35,979 bases of DNA from the NCBI RefSeq assembly GCF_001186125.1, contig NW_014040468.1:125146-161124 (forward strand), in the 5' to 3' direction. Each line of letters starts with the position of its first letter. Position 1 is the first letter of the stretch. Positions 23,760 through 35,979 of the stretch are shown here, piece after piece. The position numbers were made by a program, and so were the translations under genes. Under the pieces are notes generated by a model. The model did not search any database. It was not told where the DNA came from and saw only the letters and a program-made list of their open reading frames with translations. Source of the DNA: Sphaeroforma arctica JP610 (lineage: Eukaryota).

Positions 23760-25533
23760 CTATTCAAAACCAAGCTGCTTATTCACATAGTTCGCAAATA
23801 TCGAAGGGTCTCTATCGGGGTAGTCGAGCAGATGGCCCCATGTTTGGTCGTCTTCGAGCAGGCTTGGTAGAGTTCTGTGAAAGGAGATTGCAGGATACGG
23901 TAAATAGGTTTCACAAGTAGGGTCCAGAAAGGGCATACAGAATCCATCGACCCGTCAGCACATACAGTTGTGTTGGTGGCACAGGTATTGTGTTTGTAGT
24001 AGAGAATGGTAGATCTTAAATCCGCTTGCTCATGGCACAGGCCAACCATAGATATTGTGTATATACTACCCACATAGATAAGAGCAGGGACCAGGCTTTC
24101 ACCGCAATTTTAGTACTGTACCGCCATAGATATGTAAATACCTGGACGTTCCAAAGGCAATATGACCCATGGCTTTCAGCTGCTGTGCCAGCTCTATCTG
24201 GTGGTTATCCATTAAATCCTCGTTGACAATTACCACCAATTTCCGCTTCGCCCCAAGCGACTCTAGTATCGTCCCGGATCCTGTCGGAAGTTAGACAGAC
24301 CACAAGCAATAATATAAAGAAATTAGATCTACTTTACCTTCTATTATCTGTCAATTGAATTAAGTACGAAGCACCTCCTAAGCTCCCTCCGAGAAATTGA
24401 ACTTGGTTGAGCACTCACAGTCGTAAACTATCAAAAAATACGGAATAGACCTACCAGCGTGACTAATGACCAAGTCTGCACTGCTAATATCTTCTAGCAG
24501 GGAAGACTTGAACCTGTAGTATGTTATCGGTATCGCCGTGTTGTTGGCTGCGCAGCATTCTCGAACAGAATCCTCACTTCCTCGACCAATTTGCAACAAT
24601 AGCCGCTGTATCCCCCTTCTCTTGAGTTCAAGTAGTACCTCATCTGCCAACACCTAGCATAAATGGATACCATAATCAGCCCTTGGGGTCAGTAGGCCTC
24701 ACTATAATATCGTACGGTAGAACGCACAGTACTATTTCGTGACAGAAGCTATCGTGGTATTTTAGTTCAGTTTATTGTTCCTCCTATGGTAGAAACCTAT
24801 TGGGCCGTAGATATGCTATACACTAAGTAGAGCAACGAATTGGCTAACAAAACCCCAGTCCAACGAAGGGTATAGGAAAACGCGAGTAGTGCTGTGAGTG
24901 CTGCGTGCAGGCAGTACAAGATACATGAAAGGAACAGAAGAACAGATATTACATAATCTTATTACATGTACATATGACGTTGCATGCGCTAAATATTGGA
25001 CTCGCACTTGACTGGTTGCATAATCGCACGCATACGCGCTCGAGGACTATGCGTTGTTGTCAAATGGTGCTAAGTCAACATCAAGTATCCGTGGTAAATA
25101 CTTTGGGGAAGAATTCGAACCTGTTTCATGCGCGCACAACTGTTTGAATTCTGAGAGGGTTGAAAATCTCCAGAAAGATACAATAAGATACGAATTTATG
25201 TTGACAAAGAGAGTTCGTACTGGTAAATCCTATCAGAAACCGCATCGTGAGCACATCATATGCTCAAAGCAGTATATTCTCAAGGCTGATGGAGCTGCTG
25301 CGGACACACTTGATCTAAAACAGCGGTTCACATATGTTCAGGTTGACACTTTTAAACTATCTATAATCTCGGTTCAGATAGAAGCGGTGTATAATTGATT
25401 AGCTGATTGCCTCATAATCACTGTATCGCTGCATATGGTCTAATTCCACCGTACGCTACCATACCGCGTCTATCAGCTTGTCGAATTCGGTTGATCCGAC
25501 TGTCACGAACGCGTAAGCACTCTCGGCTGACAT
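23760..25533 (-). CDS. ALG13: UDP-GlcNAc transferase catalytic subunit ALG13 (short form, GT28 C-terminal domain), 173 aa, 4 exons
   Basis: Exons 25533-25465, 24653-24455, 24280-24142, 23874-23760 (TAG) = 522 nt. Motifs AFVTVGSTEFDKLI, LLLQIGRG, YRFKSSL..DISSADLVISHAGSGTILESL, LVVIVNEDLMDNHQIELAQQL, C-terminal TLPSLL...YP..DPSIFANYVNKQLG. Confidence 0.93.
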
Positions 25534-26004
25534 ATTATCTGTACAGTCTCTTCGTGCACAACCCAACATACGGTGTGTGTTCGCGCTGTGTACATACGAG
25601 CTATGGAAATTCAATTTTTTTTGAAGTATTTTTTTATAGGCCGATTCCCCCCTCCTCCCCCAAAGTCCCCAGCAGTGATCCCTACTGCAATTCTGCAAAG
25701 CAATATTTACAGTTACATAAATAAACCAGATGCGATTGGTTAATAAATGGGCGGGATTTTTTAAAACTGATTTCTCAAGAAATCTCGGAGAGATAATCAT
25801 TGATTTTGATTATTTTATGAATACTTCCTGTTTTCAGGTCTCCTAATGAATACTAAAGTGTCTTCATCTGTGGACATCCCGTGCATAGTCTTTGCTGCGC
25901 ACGCGTGTGTGAGTCTACGTCAGTCGTGCTTGACATGCCATATATGTAAACATAATTGCCCATACCGACTGGCGAATGACTTTGAAAGCTTAAGCTGAGC
26001 GAAG
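25534..26004. promoter_or_regulatory. Putative bidirectional promoter region (ALG13 / TACC-like)
   Basis: 471 bp between divergent ATGs; poly-T tracts, a C-run block at 25647-25682, ATTGG at 25735 and GGCGGGATTTTTTAAA at 25750-25765. Confidence 0.55.
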
Positions 26005-34574
<8,570 letters not shown>

Positions 34575-35638
34575 ACCGCACGGGACAGAGTCGATTGGAA
34601 GGTGCTTCGTACTTGATATGACCAAGAAGTAAGCGATAGCCCACGGCTCGTTGTATAAAACTATCTAGGCCCGCTGTGAGATTTGTGGTCGTATGTGCAA
34701 CGATCAGATCCGATCTCATGAAGCCGAAGCACTTTAAAAGGTCTACGGTTGTTCTATCTACCGTCGGCAATGTGCTCGCTGAGACATAGGGGCAGACTTC
34801 GATAAGCTGAATTGTCTGAAGGTGTAAGAACTACCGGTCCATGGGGGGACCAAAGCGCCCAGACAAACGACTGCAGATATCTATAAACACTCAACAAGTG
34901 GTTACTTTTTGCCATGGGGGGGGGTGGGGCCCAATTGCCTAATTAAAGACTAAAAAACTCACAACAGTATTGCGGTCGGAGTTCCGCAGGATCGGCGCGT
35001 ACTATCCTCTGTGCATATGTACGCCCAACACACTCGACACTCTCTACACAGGAGAACGGCCATGGGTCGACTAATTGCCCCCACCACCATATACCGGCCC
35101 TGAGCATTTGTCTCAAAATTAATCTGAATCCCTATTATTTTCCCTCGCCAATCAGAATATATCTGGTCGGCTGCAGGCAAGGAGAGTGTGTACAGCCTCT
35201 CATAGCCAGTTCAGAGTTTGGACAATATTTTCACGAGTGATCTATATATGAATACATTTAAATCAGGTCTGATTGAACCGCAAATTTTCAACCGGTCCAT
35301 GTGAATAGTGAGCTGTTTCAGTCATTCATAACAAGGCGTGCTGCAGAATACGTATTTCAATGAAATTGTGTTTATTATCTCGTGAGAAGTGCAGAATTAA
35401 ACAGCACACACTCTGCTCACCAGCCACTACACTTTCCTTATATCATTCTATTCAAATTCACATCCGGAATAAATACATGTATACGCACTCGATTGTCAGA
35501 GCTTACTGTATGTATATAAAAGCGTTGTAACATTGGCGTGATCTACACAAGGGCATGATTCACGAAATAAACACTTGATGTATATCGAGTTTCCATCTTT
35601 AATTGTGGCATGGTATGCAAATTTTGAATTGAAATGTA

Positions 35639-35780
35639 CAACTTCGATCGGCTTCAACTATCTATAGGTATGAGAAGCATAGTACGAGCCTACGTGAGTT
35701 GCAACTTCGACCGGCGTAATAAATCTATAGGATTGAGAAGCATACTACGAGCCTGTCTATGAGCGTACGTGAGTTGTAAA
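35639..35780. repeat. 63-bp direct tandem duplication
   Basis: CAACTTCGA.CGGC...ATCTATAGG..TGAGAAGCATA.TACGAGCCT..ACGTGAGTTG starting at 35639 and 35702; the second copy has a short insertion. Confidence 0.8.
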
Positions 35781-35865
35781 CCACTATGAAATCACGCGTG
35801 GATACACATAAACACATTTTTAGAAGTGATGATCGCACACGCATCATGAATTGAATAACATAAAC

Positions 35866-35979
35866 ATATTTATATATATATATATATATAAGCACATACA
35901 CACACATATACGCATATATATATATATATATATATTTATATATCAAATAAATTACTATATATCATAATGTATATATACA
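35866..35979. repeat. (TA)n/(CA)n microsatellite at window end
   Basis: Directly visible. Confidence 0.9.

Noticed and set aside
23783..24073. 96-aa minus-strand ORF as the ALG13 last exon
   Set aside because: Wrong phase; the ALG13-like C-terminus is in another frame starting at the acceptor at 23874.

Overview
Eukaryotic genomic DNA from a draft assembly: intron-rich, GT-AG spliced, with three N-gaps next to TA/CA microsatellites. It is not prokaryotic, and the supplied ORF track mostly shows exon fragments, antisense shadows and repeat artefacts. By manual splicing with phase checking I reconstruct six protein-coding genes: (1) + strand ~31-exon Munc13-4/BAIAP3 (UNC13D)-like vesicle-priming gene (~138-12045) with an unusual C2-MUN-C2-C2 architecture; (2) - strand PPM1E/PPM1F-like PP2C phosphatase (12891-~18377); (3) - strand Rossmann-like + DUF2520 oxidoreductase (PanG-like, a mainly bacterial family) with 4 introns (20445-22651); (4) + strand COX16 (22943-23699); (5) - strand short-form ALG13 (23760-25533); (6) + strand ~2180-aa TACC-domain protein with a 4.3-kb acidic low-complexity exon and an extended repetitive coiled coil (26005-34574). 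Genes alternate in strand, giving two short divergent promoters and a 60-bp convergent junction. Several distinct minisatellites lie in introns and intergenic DNA. Gene content (UNC13D-, PPM1E/F- and TACC-like) suggests a holozoan, perhaps a unicellular one such as an ichthyosporean; this is inference only. All family calls come from motifs recognised by eye, with no database search.
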